Below, piece by piece: positions 28,823 through 38,233 of a stretch of DNA of 64,000 nt. The first letter of the stretch is position 1; each line of letters begins with the position of its first letter. Both the position numbers and the translations under genes were made by a program. Below the pieces are notes generated by a model. That model ran no database searches. It was not told where the DNA came from and saw only the letters and a list, made by a program, of their open reading frames with translations. Source of the stretch: Candidatus Parvarchaeota archaeon (lineage in GTDB: Archaea > Nanobdellota > Nanobdellia > WJKC01); the NCBI GenBank assembly GCA_030615175.1, contig JAUWZX010000001.1, positions 460,044 to 524,043 on the forward strand, in the 5' to 3' direction.

Positions 28823-29518
28823 ATGACAAGAGTTTTATTAATTGCTGACGCGCATTCTAACTGGCCTGCACTTAAAGCATTGCATGAGGATGTTGGAAGC
28901 GTTGAATTCGTTATTCACGCAGGCGACTCAATTGGTTACGGTCCATTCCCTAATGAAGTTATTGGCTGGATGAGGAAACATGCTGATGTTAATGTTGTAG
29001 GCAATCATGATTACGTTATTATTTCAGGCAATTACTCAGGTTTTGGTGATAATTCACAGATTGTTTTAAAATGGACTGATGAATTAATCACTGCTCAGAA
29101 CCTTCGTTATTTAAGCAATCTTAAGGATGTATGGACTGGCAGTGTTGGAGGCGTTAAGTTTGGCGTTGTTCATGGCGGACTAACTGACCCTCATAATGAG
29201 TTCATTCACCCTTATACTAATGAGTCATTAATTAATGACTATTTTAAGCGGTTAGGCGTCAACGTTTTAGTTACAGGGCATGTTCATCAATTATTTGTCA
29301 GGGAATTCTCTTCTGGTTTACTTATCAATCCAGGCAGTCTTGGGCAACCAAGGGATGGCAATCCGCAGCCAAGTTATGTATTATTAAACGTTGATGGCGG
29401 CCGCATAACCAAAATTGAACCTCACCGTTTTAATTATAACATTGATGAATTTAAGGATAAGTTATTAAGCGAGAAACTGCCAAGCGTTTTTGCTACCCGG
29501 CTTTACGAGGGGCGCTAA
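28823..29518 (+). CDS. Metallophosphoesterase (calcineurin-like, YfcE/MJ0936 type)
   Basis: DAHSN, GDSIGYG, GNHD, VHG, GHVH, NPGSLGQPRDG; start at ATG 28823. Confidence 0.93.
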   Translation: MTRVLLIADAHSNWPALKALHEDVGSVEFVIHAGDSIGYGPFPNEVIGWMRKHADVNVVGNHDYVIISGNYSGFGDNSQIVLKWTDELITAQNLRYLSNLKDVWTGSVGGVKFGVVHGGLTDPHNEFIHPYTNESLINDYFKRLGVNVLVTGHVHQLFVREFSSGLLINPGSLGQPRDGNPQPSYVLLNVDGGRITKIEPHRFNYNIDEFKDKLLSEKLPSVFATRLYEGR

Positions 29519-30123
29519 TCACTTTCTAAGACTTCATTCTTAAGGGTTATTGCTCTGCTGCTCATTTTCTTCTTTGTATAAATGCCTGCAATGAGTAGTG
29601 AAATAATTAATGCTCCGAAAATAATTATTCCTATGTCTTCATAAGCTGTGAACACGCTTCCAAGCGTTGCGTAAAGAATTACTCTTGGAATTGTTCCTAG
29701 TGAGTTGTAAATAGTGAATGATTTGAAGCTCATGCTCGTGACGCCTGATAAGTAACTGATTGGGTCGTAAGGCACGAAAGGTATTAATCGTCCAATGAGA
29801 ACTCCTTTATCGCCCCATTTATCAACCCATGAGTCCATGAATTTAAGTGTTTCCTCTCCCAGTAATTTTTTAATTATTGGTCTGCCTCCCTTTTTGGCTA
29901 TGTAAAAGCAAAGGCTTGCACCTGCTATTGAGCCTAGGATTGCCCATAAGTACACACTCCATAATGGTTTTATGAACATTCCTGCTGCGGCGATTACTCC
30001 TTCGCTTGGTATGAAGATTATTATTGCTTGAACTATCATGCCTATGAATAATCCTATAGGACCCATTAATTGGATGAAGAATTCAATTATGCCTATTAGT
30101 GGCGCGAATAATTCGTTCAGCAT
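29515..30123 (-). CDS. DedA/VTT (TVP38/TMEM64) membrane protein
   Basis: IPSE...AAG, GRLIPFVPYDPISYLSG. Confidence 0.9.
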   Translation of the reverse strand: MLNELFAPLIGIIEFFIQLMGPIGLFIGMIVQAIIIFIPSEGVIAAAGMFIKPLWSVYLWAILGSIAGASLCFYIAKKGGRPIIKKLLGEETLKFMDSWVDKWGDKGVLIGRLIPFVPYDPISYLSGVTSMSFKSFTIYNSLGTIPRVILYATLGSVFTAYEDIGIIIFGALIISLLIAGIYTKKKMSSRAITLKNEVLESD

Positions 30124-30145
30124 TTTTTTTTTAATAACCTCCTTA

Positions 30146-30391
30146 TTATTTAGCTCTTGTGCTTATCAGAGTGCTTGACCTTTCTATTTCAGTGTTCTTG
30201 CGTATGTTTATCACGAATTCTCTTAATTTATTCATTGTTGGCAATGAGACTTTTATTATTATGTCATACTCGCCGTAAACAACGTTTGCTTCCTTTACTT
30301 CCCTCATCCTGTTTAATTTCAGTGCTATTTTATTCTCCATTCCTGGTTTCGCATTTAATAATAAATAAGCTGTTACCATAATTGTTTTCAT
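30146..30391 (-). CDS. Lrp/AsnC ligand-binding (RAM) domain protein
   Basis: AYLLLN...VYGEYDIIIKV; no HTH. Confidence 0.88.
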   Translation of the reverse strand: MKTIMVTAYLLLNAKPGMENKIALKLNRMREVKEANVVYGEYDIIIKVSLPTMNKLREFVINIRKNTEIERSSTLISTRAK

Positions 30392-30416
30392 AATACCTTG
30401 TTTTTAAAACTTTTCC

Positions 30417-30920
30417 TTACTTCGTTAGTATGTGTTTTGTTATTAAATTATTTGGAATTATTATTACCTTGCCTTTCTCATCCTCTATTGTTGTTGTCAG
30501 TAAATCAACTTTCTTTACTTCGCCTTTAAAGTCCTTTATACTTATTTTGTCTCCTTTCCTTATTATCCTGTTATTCTTTATGTAAGCGCCTGCAAAAGCA
30601 TTTGGTATCAAGTCACGCAGTGAGTAAACAAAGATTCCAATAACACTGAAAATGAGTATTATTGCTATTAGGAATAATATTTGCTGTGCAAAGCCCAGGG
30701 CGCCGGCTGCTATTACGAATGTTATCATGTAAATGAATGCTTTCAGGAAGTAGAGTCCGTAATCAATTAATGCTTCATTGTAGTTTAATTTTTTGAATAA
30801 TTCTTTTACGGTTTTGCTTAGCAGTGCCTTTCTTAAGTATTCATTAACGTATTTAGCGATTAAGTAACCTATTATTATTGTTATGCCTGCCTGCACAAGG
30901 TTGTACCATTCCATTATCAA
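30417..30920 (-). CDS. Small-conductance mechanosensitive channel (MscS) family, short form
   Basis: Three TMs, then NAFAG, GDKI...GEVKKVDLLTT...IPNN. Confidence 0.85.
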   Translation of the reverse strand: MIMEWYNLVQAGITIIIGYLIAKYVNEYLRKALLSKTVKELFKKLNYNEALIDYGLYFLKAFIYMITFVIAAGALGFAQQILFLIAIILIFSVIGIFVYSLRDLIPNAFAGAYIKNNRIIRKGDKISIKDFKGEVKKVDLLTTTIEDEKGKVIIIPNNLITKHILTK

Positions 30921-30954
30921 AATTGTTAAAAATTTATCTTTTATATTCTTATCT

Positions 30955-31764
30955 ATGAAATTCAGGAAGAGAAGGCTGCCTCAGGGCTTTTTTGAGTTGC
31001 AGGATGAGTATTCTCTTGCTCGTAGTAATGATGAGAGGATTTCATGCCTTAAAGGAATGTTAACTCATATCCCTCATGGTGACGAGTTTAACAAGGTTCG
31101 CGGCCATGTTAGCAGGCGCCTTCGTGATTTGCGTAGAAAAGTTATTCATAAGCGCGAGCAGGCATTGAAGATTAGGAAGTCTCGCGGAGTTAAGTTTAAT
31201 GAAGACTTGCCTACTATTGGATTGATTGGTCCTCCTGATTCAGGCAAGTCTTATTTTATTAATCATTATTGCGGCACTAGTTATGCGAGCACTAGTATTC
31301 CTTTTGAAACTAAGAGTCCTGTTTTTGGTGTTGTTAATTTTGAGGATGTTCAATTGCAGTTCCTTGAAGTGCCTTCTGACTTGGAGCAGCGTTACGTTCA
31401 ATTACTTCATAAGACTGATTTAATTCTTATTACTGGCGAGGCTTCACGCTTTAAGGAGTTGCTGCTTAAGCATGGCATTAATGTTTCTTCCAGAGTGATT
31501 TCTAAGCTTCCTAAGATTTCAGAGTTATGGTCTTGGCTTGGCTTGATTCGTGTTTACCCTAAAGGCGATAACGTTCCAATCCTTCTGCGTAAAGACGCTA
31601 CTGTTAGGGATTACTTGAAAATCATTCATTCTTCTTGGATTAAGCGCTTCAAGACTGCTCTCATTACAGGGTCTAGCGTTAAATTCTCCAATCAGAATGT
31701 TAACGTGAATCACGTGCTCGCTGATAAGGACGTGATTGAAGTCAGGATTACTGGTTCTGGATGA
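30955..31764 (+). CDS. Degenerate DRG/Obg-like GTPase with C-terminal TGS domain
   Basis: GPPDSGKS P-loop, PFET (G2), TGS ATVRD...IH...VLADKDVIEV; start at ATG 30955. Confidence 0.8.
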   Translation: MKFRKRRLPQGFFELQDEYSLARSNDERISCLKGMLTHIPHGDEFNKVRGHVSRRLRDLRRKVIHKREQALKIRKSRGVKFNEDLPTIGLIGPPDSGKSYFINHYCGTSYASTSIPFETKSPVFGVVNFEDVQLQFLEVPSDLEQRYVQLLHKTDLILITGEASRFKELLLKHGINVSSRVISKLPKISELWSWLGLIRVYPKGDNVPILLRKDATVRDYLKIIHSSWIKRFKTALITGSSVKFSNQNVNVNHVLADKDVIEVRITGSG

Positions 31765-31769
31765 TTCTT

Positions 31770-32717
31770 TTAAGCTAGTCTTAAGTGTTTTTCAGCGTAT
31801 AATCCCAGTGTTTTCCTTGCATTAGGTTCAATGTTTAGTTCTTTTAATGCTTGGCTTGGAGGCATCCATACATAATCTTCTGCTTCATGATTTAATATTA
31901 CTTTCCTGTTCCTTGCTTCTACGACATTGTCAGTGAAGACTTTATGCTCGTTTGGTATGTAATAACCTGATTCTTTAATCTGGTCAAATGTGCAAATGCT
32001 TTCCCTTATTCTTGGCCTTAAACTAGTTTCTTCTAGTATTTCCCTTCTTAATGCATTGGCTAGTGTTTCATTTCTTCTTACTTTGCCTCCAATAATGGAG
32101 AATTTATTGCCCCACTTATGCGTTTGCACTAATAAAACATCCCTTTCCTGTCCTGGTTTATATTCTTTTTTACTGTAATCAACTATGATTGCGCCAACAG
32201 CTATTATTGAGCCTGGCAGTATCAGGCTTTGTAGCAGTCTGTGTATTCTTTGTTCGTTTTGCGGTATGTATGGTGGAGGGTACCTTTTGTATTCTGAGAT
32301 GTATGCTACTAATTCTTCTGGTTTCCAAATCGAGTTTTGAGGTATGTATGCTGGATGGTCTGCTGGTTTTTCCATGAATACTTGTCTTGTATTAGTCAGT
32401 TGGTCCATTGCTAGTTCGTATGAAGCGCTGGTTCCTATTCTTCCTTCAGGGTTAACGTAGTAACTGAAGCCTTTTGTTCCTAGTTCTGATAACTTTTTAA
32501 GATATATTAACTCTGTTAGTCTTGGGTCTTTGCTTGCATCCGTTTTTAAGTGCATGAAACCATTTGTTTCACCTGTTATTTCTGTAATGCTTGGAGCAAT
32601 AACTTCTATTCCTGCTTCATTGAATATTTCTGCAACTTTTTTAATTAAGTCATAGTGTTTTCTAAAACTGCCGTGAAGAATGCATTTAATTTTCCTTTCA
32701 TCCATTATTAGTTTCAT
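31770..32717 (-). CDS. Nucleoside-deoxyribosyltransferase-like domain fused to a NUDIX hydrolase
   Basis: Intact NUDIX box GGKVRRNETLANALRREILEETSL; N-terminal HGSFR...VNPEGRIGTSASYE. Confidence 0.8.
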   Translation of the reverse strand: MKLIMDERKIKCILHGSFRKHYDLIKKVAEIFNEAGIEVIAPSITEITGETNGFMHLKTDASKDPRLTELIYLKKLSELGTKGFSYYVNPEGRIGTSASYELAMDQLTNTRQVFMEKPADHPAYIPQNSIWKPEELVAYISEYKRYPPPYIPQNEQRIHRLLQSLILPGSIIAVGAIIVDYSKKEYKPGQERDVLLVQTHKWGNKFSIIGGKVRRNETLANALRREILEETSLRPRIRESICTFDQIKESGYYIPNEHKVFTDNVVEARNRKVILNHEAEDYVWMPPSQALKELNIEPNARKTLGLYAEKHLRLA

Positions 32718-32797
32718 TAATGTTTTAATTAATAATGATTTCTATGCTGTTCTTAATATTACATGGTATCCAAAACGAATGTTCATGAAACCATAAT

Positions 32798-33733
32798 TTA
32801 TTTATTCTTTCTTAACTTGTTTAAGTTGTAATAGATTTTTCCAATTATTATGTCGATGGGTATTATGATTTTTCTAAAAATCATTGATCCGGGGAGTAGC
32901 ATTCCACCATATTCTTTTGGTTTAGTAAATCGTTTCTTGGATGAGTTTAGAGTAACGTTTGCGAGTATGATTCCTTCATCATGTTTTAATTCACTTTTAA
33001 CTGTCCCGTTTGAGTCTATGATTCTTGACATTCCCCTGAACTTGAAGGTGTTTGGGGTTACTAGTTTGCCTATGATCCCCGGCAGTTTCTTCATTGGTCC
33101 TACTTGGTTTACGAAGATTACTGGTATCCCCAGTGTTCTTGCGTAAAGTGGAGCAAGTTTAGTAATCTTTTCATTAACCTTTTTACAATCAGTCTTGCTT
33201 AAGAACCTGCTAGTCTTATATGGAGTTGGACTGGCATGAGGCATTAACATTAAATCAACTGATTCCCTATTCATTAGTTTAGGGAGTGATGAATATACAT
33301 TATCAGCGCATATACCAACTCCTATTTTACCTATTTCAGTGTTAATTATATGTGATCCTTTACCGCGCTTAAAGACATAGGCTTCAGCATTACTTTTCCT
33401 AACCTTGCCCGCTATTTCTCCTTTCGGGTTTGTTAAAATAAATGAGTTATAGAAATCTTTTCCATCTGTCTCAACAAATCCTGCTCCTAAATAAACCTTT
33501 AATCTTCTGGAGGTTTGTTTAAGCCAATTTACAGTTAACCCATTTAATGTTTCTGCATAATTCCATACTTCTTTGGTTATTATATACCCTGACGAGAATA
33601 GTTCAGGTAACACTACTAGTTTAGCTCCTTTCTTGGCTACTTTTTCAATCATGGCTGTTGCGTGTTCAAGATTCTCCTTAATAAGACCTGGTTTTGATTC
33701 TACTTGAATTACAGCAACCCGAATATTCTTCAT
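32798..33733 (-). CDS. Carbon-nitrogen hydrolase (nitrilase superfamily)
   Basis: Catalytic triad LPELF / RK / GICAD; start placed at ATG 33733. Confidence 0.92.
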   Translation of the reverse strand: MKNIRVAVIQVESKPGLIKENLEHATAMIEKVAKKGAKLVVLPELFSSGYIITKEVWNYAETLNGLTVNWLKQTSRRLKVYLGAGFVETDGKDFYNSFILTNPKGEIAGKVRKSNAEAYVFKRGKGSHIINTEIGKIGVGICADNVYSSLPKLMNRESVDLMLMPHASPTPYKTSRFLSKTDCKKVNEKITKLAPLYARTLGIPVIFVNQVGPMKKLPGIIGKLVTPNTFKFRGMSRIIDSNGTVKSELKHDEGIILANVTLNSSKKRFTKPKEYGGMLLPGSMIFRKIIIPIDIIIGKIYYNLNKLRKNK

Positions 33734-33853
33734 AATCTTATTTAAGTTGATCAAGTTATTAAAAACTACGCCATCCTTAAAATCACATGCTGCCTGAAGT
33801 GGTTGCACTGGTTGCCACAAATTAATAAAGGTGGTATTGCTTGAGGATTATTA

Positions 33854-34267
33854 ATGGCAAAAACCGCTATTGTTTACAAGACTATTCATGGTTCAACTAA
33901 GAAGTATGCCTTATGGCTTAGTAAGGATTTGAAGTGTAAGGTTTTTGAGATGGATTCAGTTAAGCCAGCTGATTTGAAGAGGTTTTCAGAGTTCATCGTG
34001 ATGTCTGGCACTTATGGTAGTCGAATGCCTCTTACAGGTTTCTTGAAGAAGAATTGGGATTTATTAAAGGATAAGAAGATTACTATCGTGGCTGTTGGCG
34101 TGGCGTCAGAGGATAATTTGTGGAGTAAGTTGTCTTATATTATGATTCCTCGTAAGATTCGAAAGAAATCAAAGTATTTCAAGATTCAAGGAGTGTACAA
34201 GGGTAAAGGCGGGCCTGTTAGGAAATCTAATTTGAAGCGGGTAATAGATTATTTGAAGAAGAAATAA
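33854..34267 (+). CDS. Flavodoxin-domain protein (Flavodoxin_5/HemG-like)
   Basis: VYKTIHGSTKKYA FMN-binding loop. Confidence 0.85.
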   Translation: MAKTAIVYKTIHGSTKKYALWLSKDLKCKVFEMDSVKPADLKRFSEFIVMSGTYGSRMPLTGFLKKNWDLLKDKKITIVAVGVASEDNLWSKLSYIMIPRKIRKKSKYFKIQGVYKGKGGPVRKSNLKRVIDYLKKK

Positions 34268-34272
34268 TAACG

Positions 34273-34551
34273 TTATGCAGTGCGCAGAATCAAGTGGTAT
34301 CCGAATCTTGTCTTTATTGGTTCCTTAGTCATTTCATTTACTTGCAGGCTGAATGCTGCTGTCTCGAATGGTTTGACCATTGCTCCTCTGCCGAAGTACC
34401 CTAAGTCTCCTCCACGCTTCCTTGAAGGGCACTCGCTTAATTCCATTGCCACTGTCTTAAAAGATTCTCCTTTACTGATTCGCTCCAGTGCTAGTAATGC
34501 TTTTGATAACTTGGAGCATAGTATGTGAGAGCACTTAACTTTATTAGCCAT
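34273..34551 (-). CDS. ppiC: Parvulin-type peptidyl-prolyl isomerase
   Basis: [31 protein letters not shown]; 92 aa from ATG 34551. Confidence 0.93.
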   Translation of the reverse strand: MANKVKCSHILCSKLSKALLALERISKGESFKTVAMELSECPSRKRGGDLGYFGRGAMVKPFETAAFSLQVNEMTKEPIKTRFGYHLILRTA

Positions 34552-34611
34552 GTTTAATTGGATTAGAAGGATAATCTTTAAAAAGTCTTTCATTATTCTC
34601 TTATTGTTATT

Positions 34612-35118
34612 ATGAAGTCTCATGAAGCTTTAGGCAAAGCCTGGCATAAGCCTAAGGAAATGGAAGGTTACAAGGAATTATTAATAGGGTTAAGAAGCAG
34701 GCATACTATAACTAGAGTTGAGAAGCCTTTAAGGCTTGACAGGGCGCATTCAGTTGGTTATAAGGCTAAGCCAGGGTTCATTACTGTTCACGTTAAGATT
34801 AAGAAAGGTGGTCGCAAGAGGCGTCAGGTTCATAGGGGGCGGAAGCCGAGTAAGATGGGCATTAAGGGGTTCACTACTAAGAAGAGTCTTCAATTAATTG
34901 CTGAGGAGAGAGCTAATAAGAAGTATCCTAACTGCGAGGTACTTAATTCTTACTGGCTTGCCGAGGATGGCAGGCATAAATGGTTTGAAGTCATCCTGCT
35001 TGACAGGATTAATCCTTCAGTATTGTCTGATAGTGAAGCTTCTAGAGTTGTTAAGAGACGTAAGAGGGTTTATCGCGGCTTAACTAAAAGTGGCAGGAAA
35101 ATGCGCGGTTTATTATAG
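34612..35118 (+). CDS. rpl15e: 50S ribosomal protein L15e
   Basis: [45 protein letters not shown]. Confidence 0.96.
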   Translation: MKSHEALGKAWHKPKEMEGYKELLIGLRSRHTITRVEKPLRLDRAHSVGYKAKPGFITVHVKIKKGGRKRRQVHRGRKPSKMGIKGFTTKKSLQLIAEERANKKYPNCEVLNSYWLAEDGRHKWFEVILLDRINPSVLSDSEASRVVKRRKRVYRGLTKSGRKMRGLL

Positions 35119-35156
35119 AAAAAAGTTTTTAAACACAGAAGCATTATTAATTCCTA

Positions 35157-35621
35157 ATGGTGAGGGGTAGTAAGGCCAGTCATGTGAGTGTTGCAGCGTT
35201 TAATAAGTCATGCATGGACTTTAATAAGAAATTTTCAAGAATTGAATCATTATTAGGTAAGTTGGATAAGGGTGTTAAGAACAAGGTTTCAGTTTCTGCT
35301 TGGAATAAGTCGCTTGAGGATTTAAATGCTAAAGTTAATGAGTTGTTCACGGTAAGTCTTGAGAAAACAGTTTCTGAATTAAATGATAAGCTGGATAAGT
35401 CTGTTGAATTAATTAATGAGTTAATGATTCACTTGAATGAGAAGGTTAGTGTTTCTGCTTGGGAGCGCAGTTGCGTTGAATTGGAAGGATTATCATCTGA
35501 TTTAAGGTCTTTAAGGTCTGTTCTTGATGATGTTAAGTTAAAAGTCATGAAGCTTGAGACTGATTTTAATGATTCAATTGTTAATGAGAGTGAAATTAAA
35601 GGATGGTTGAAGTCATTATGA
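35157..35621 (+). CDS. Coiled-coil protein with three VSV(S/A)A(W/F)xxS repeats
   Basis: HVSVAAFNKSCMDF / KVSVSAWNKSLEDL / KVSVSAWERSCVEL. Confidence 0.7.
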   Translation: MVRGSKASHVSVAAFNKSCMDFNKKFSRIESLLGKLDKGVKNKVSVSAWNKSLEDLNAKVNELFTVSLEKTVSELNDKLDKSVELINELMIHLNEKVSVSAWERSCVELEGLSSDLRSLRSVLDDVKLKVMKLETDFNDSIVNESEIKGWLKSL

Positions 35622-36352
35622 TATTCTTGTTCGGTCGTAAAAAAGAAGTTAAGAAGGAGTTTGTGCCTCCTCTGCCGGAAGAATCTAAGAAACTTAAGAA
35701 GCCTAAGAAGATGAAGCCTAAAATGAAGCCTAGGAAGATAGTGATGGGGGTTGCACCGGCATTAATGCAGGATGTTAAGGCCAGGGTTAGGGCTATTAAG
35801 GCAGAGCGTGATGAATTAAGGATGAGGAGTGAGGAGTTGGAGGATAAGTATGAGGACGCGCTTAACAGGCTTGGCGTGGTGGAGGGTAAGTGCAAGGCTG
35901 TTGAGAATTCATTTAATTCTTTTAAGGATGATTTAATGACTGATTTCATGGAGGAGGCTCGTAAGGTTTTGAAGAAGGAGATGAAGCTTCAGGGTGATGC
36001 GGTTACTGCAACTTATAGAAGGGTTTTAAGGATTGAGGATGATTTAATGAATATTAATAAGGATTTTGATGATTTGAAATTCACGACTTCATTTAGTGAT
36101 TATTATCATTTAATTAAGTGCTTGATTTTTTTCATGACTAATTGCGAGTCAAGTGATCATAGGTTAATCACTATTTCCTTGCAGACCATTAGGTCAATTA
36201 TTAGTGATATGAGGGCTAATGGTTACTGGAAGTCAGGAAAGGATGCAATTATTACTTCCTTGCTTAACCTTAAGGCTTATTGGAGGAGTAAGGATGAGCG
36301 GGTTGAGAATTTAATAGGCGTTGAGGTTGACGCTTTAGAGAGTTTGAGGTGA
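35603..36352 (+). CDS. Coiled-coil hypothetical protein
   Basis: FLFGRKK N-terminus, long heptad region, helical C-terminal domain; overlaps the upstream gene. Confidence 0.7.
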   Translation: MVEVIMIFLFGRKKEVKKEFVPPLPEESKKLKKPKKMKPKMKPRKIVMGVAPALMQDVKARVRAIKAERDELRMRSEELEDKYEDALNRLGVVEGKCKAVENSFNSFKDDLMTDFMEEARKVLKKEMKLQGDAVTATYRRVLRIEDDLMNINKDFDDLKFTTSFSDYYHLIKCLIFFMTNCESSDHRLITISLQTIRSIISDMRANGYWKSGKDAIITSLLNLKAYWRSKDERVENLIGVEVDALESLR

Positions 36353-36359
36353 TTTATTA

Positions 36360-36578
36360 ATGGATGAATACGGTATTTACGTAGGTAAGAAGACAGGTAA
36401 GAGGAGCCCTAGGAGCGGCGTAGCACTTTGGAGGTGGACTCTTGTTAAGAGGACTTCGGAGAAGCCTTCAGATAATGAGATTAAGTCTGAGATTAGGAAG
36501 AAGGGTGGCTTGATGGGTTACGCTATGAGGCTTAAGCCTAGACCGTGGAAGAAAGTAAGTAAGACTATTAAGATGTAA
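36360..36578 (+). CDS. Small basic hypothetical protein
   Basis: 72 aa, GAGGTGA SD, AAG/AGG codon bias. Confidence 0.7.
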   Translation: MDEYGIYVGKKTGKRSPRSGVALWRWTLVKRTSEKPSDNEIKSEIRKKGGLMGYAMRLKPRPWKKVSKTIKM

Positions 36579-36640
36579 ATTTTTTTGTGGGGGAATTATA
36601 GCCACTTATGAAGTGGTATAGGCTATCTTAGGATTTCCTT

Positions 36641-36661
36641 TGAAACTTTTAGAAAGTTTCA
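36641..36661. promoter_or_regulatory. Perfect 9-bp inverted repeat upstream of the sRNA promoter
   Basis: TGAAACTTT-TAG-AAAGTTTCA, followed by a purine-rich BRE-like stretch and TTTTTAA (36674-36680). Confidence 0.4.
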
Positions 36662-36703
36662 TCAAAAGAAACGTTTTTAAGTCTTTATTATTATTTATTT
36701 ACT

Positions 36704-36770
36704 TGTGGATGATGACGCTCATTGAGCGGCTGAGGCTTATCGGATGATTAAGGCTATTTATCACTGAGAG
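36704..36770 (+). ncRNA. Archaeal box C/D sRNA
   Basis: C ATGATGA 36709-15; 14-nt guide; D' CTGA 36730-33; C' ATGATTA 36744-50; 13-nt guide; D CTGA 36764-67; TATA about 25 nt upstream. Confidence 0.75.
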
Positions 36771-36836
36771 CTTAAAGTTCAATGACGTGTAAACCGCACA
36801 ATGACGAGCTAAATCAAAAGCCAATGAATGAAGATG

Positions 36837-36849
36837 GGCGGTCTGACAC
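36837..36849 (+). repeat. Cassette-repeat core (partial copy A)
   Basis: GGCGGTCTGACAC, identical at 41982 and 42411. Confidence 0.75.
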
Positions 36850-36936
36850 AAATATGTCCAAACCGCAGGGGAATCTTTATACGTGATAAACATACTAAAA
36901 CTGTAAATAGTTGAGATTAATATACTTAAAAGTAGT

Positions 36937-38232
36937 ATGAAAAATGAAAAGATTGTTTCAGGTTATGGAAACATTACTAATTTGATTACTAACTCCAAAC
37001 ATAAAACAAAGTTTAGTTTAAAGTACCAAAATGGTGAATTATTTTTACAGATAACAAGTAGAATTGACCCTAAAGACATTCATGGAAACTTCTTTTACAA
37101 ATTTGAGAGTAAAACCAAAAAAAGCCTTCTTTTGATAGAAAGATTATATTTAGAGAACCATAATATTTCTCATAATTATAAAACTAAAAAAATCTCTTTT
37201 TGTTATACTTTCAAAGCATTGTCAGAAGCGGTGTTATCAAAAAAGAAGGGTAAATATGTTAAAGTAGAAGGTTATCTAACAAATTTCTTTTTTTTTGGAA
37301 ACAAAGTTGTAAGATATAAAAGAAAGGGTGGTTTTTATTTAGGTCGTGATGCTCTTACATTTAAAGCCAATAGTAGGGCAGTTCTTATAAAAAAATTATC
37401 TAATTATGCGACTTTAGAAAAGAAAAAACCAGTTTGCTCACTGATTGAGACCTCTAAGCTCTTTATGGATGGCCATAATGAAAAAAATGATATTAAGTTA
37501 TTAGATGTTTTAATGTTAATGCTTTCAATAGCAGTAAAAAGAAAGATAGAACTAACTAAAATCCTATTTAAGGATAGGAATGGAACTATTTTGAAGAGGA
37601 TTTATAGACCTTTGTTTAAGCACATGAATCTTTATTTTTTTGAATTAATACCCACTAATGATGTTTATACAAGATTATCTGGTTTTATTACGAAAACATT
37701 TGATAAATTTTCTAAATTGGAAGAGAAGTTAAAAATGTCTATTTATTACTATCTTTTGTCACACGAAAAGAGCGATTTTTATCATAAGTATTTATACTTA
37801 ACAATTGCACTGGAATCATTAGTGAGGGAAATAAGACACATTAAAGAGATAAAGATTAATAAATTTGATAAAAGAATATTAAATGAATTAAAAGGTTTGC
37901 CTTACTTCAAATATTATTATAAACTATTTAAAAAGCAAGTTGATGAACTAATCAAAAAATTGTCTAAATCCTCTTTAAGAGAAGAAACAAAAGAGGCCAT
38001 AAAATCATTAACTCTTAATTATCAAGGGAAATCTTATGATATTTCTAAATATAGGTTTCCAAAGATAAGAGGAAAAATAGCTCATGGACGACTCAAGGAA
38101 TTGCCTAAGAATTTGAATATTATTGATTTAAATCAGCTTTCTCATCTTTATGATAATCTCTTGTTGAAACTTTTAGAGTATAAAGATGAATACTATGACA
38201 TTTTATTAAAGAACCTTAAAAGAATAGAGTGA
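36937..38232 (+). CDS. HEPN-domain protein, ApeA-like (candidate anti-viral RNase)
   Basis: YLYLTIALESL helix and RGKIAH (Rx4H) motif; very AT-rich, non-host codon usage. Confidence 0.7.
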   Translation: MKNEKIVSGYGNITNLITNSKHKTKFSLKYQNGELFLQITSRIDPKDIHGNFFYKFESKTKKSLLLIERLYLENHNISHNYKTKKISFCYTFKALSEAVLSKKKGKYVKVEGYLTNFFFFGNKVVRYKRKGGFYLGRDALTFKANSRAVLIKKLSNYATLEKKKPVCSLIETSKLFMDGHNEKNDIKLLDVLMLMLSIAVKRKIELTKILFKDRNGTILKRIYRPLFKHMNLYFFELIPTNDVYTRLSGFITKTFDKFSKLEEKLKMSIYYYLLSHEKSDFYHKYLYLTIALESLVREIRHIKEIKINKFDKRILNELKGLPYFKYYYKLFKKQVDELIKKLSKSSLREETKEAIKSLTLNYQGKSYDISKYRFPKIRGKIAHGRLKELPKNLNIIDLNQLSHLYDNLLLKLLEYKDEYYDILLKNLKRIE

Positions 38233-38233
38233 T

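Noticed and set aside
36699..36893. 64-aa minus-strand ORF from the track
   Set aside because: It is antisense to the C/D sRNA and repeat core and has no protein-like features.
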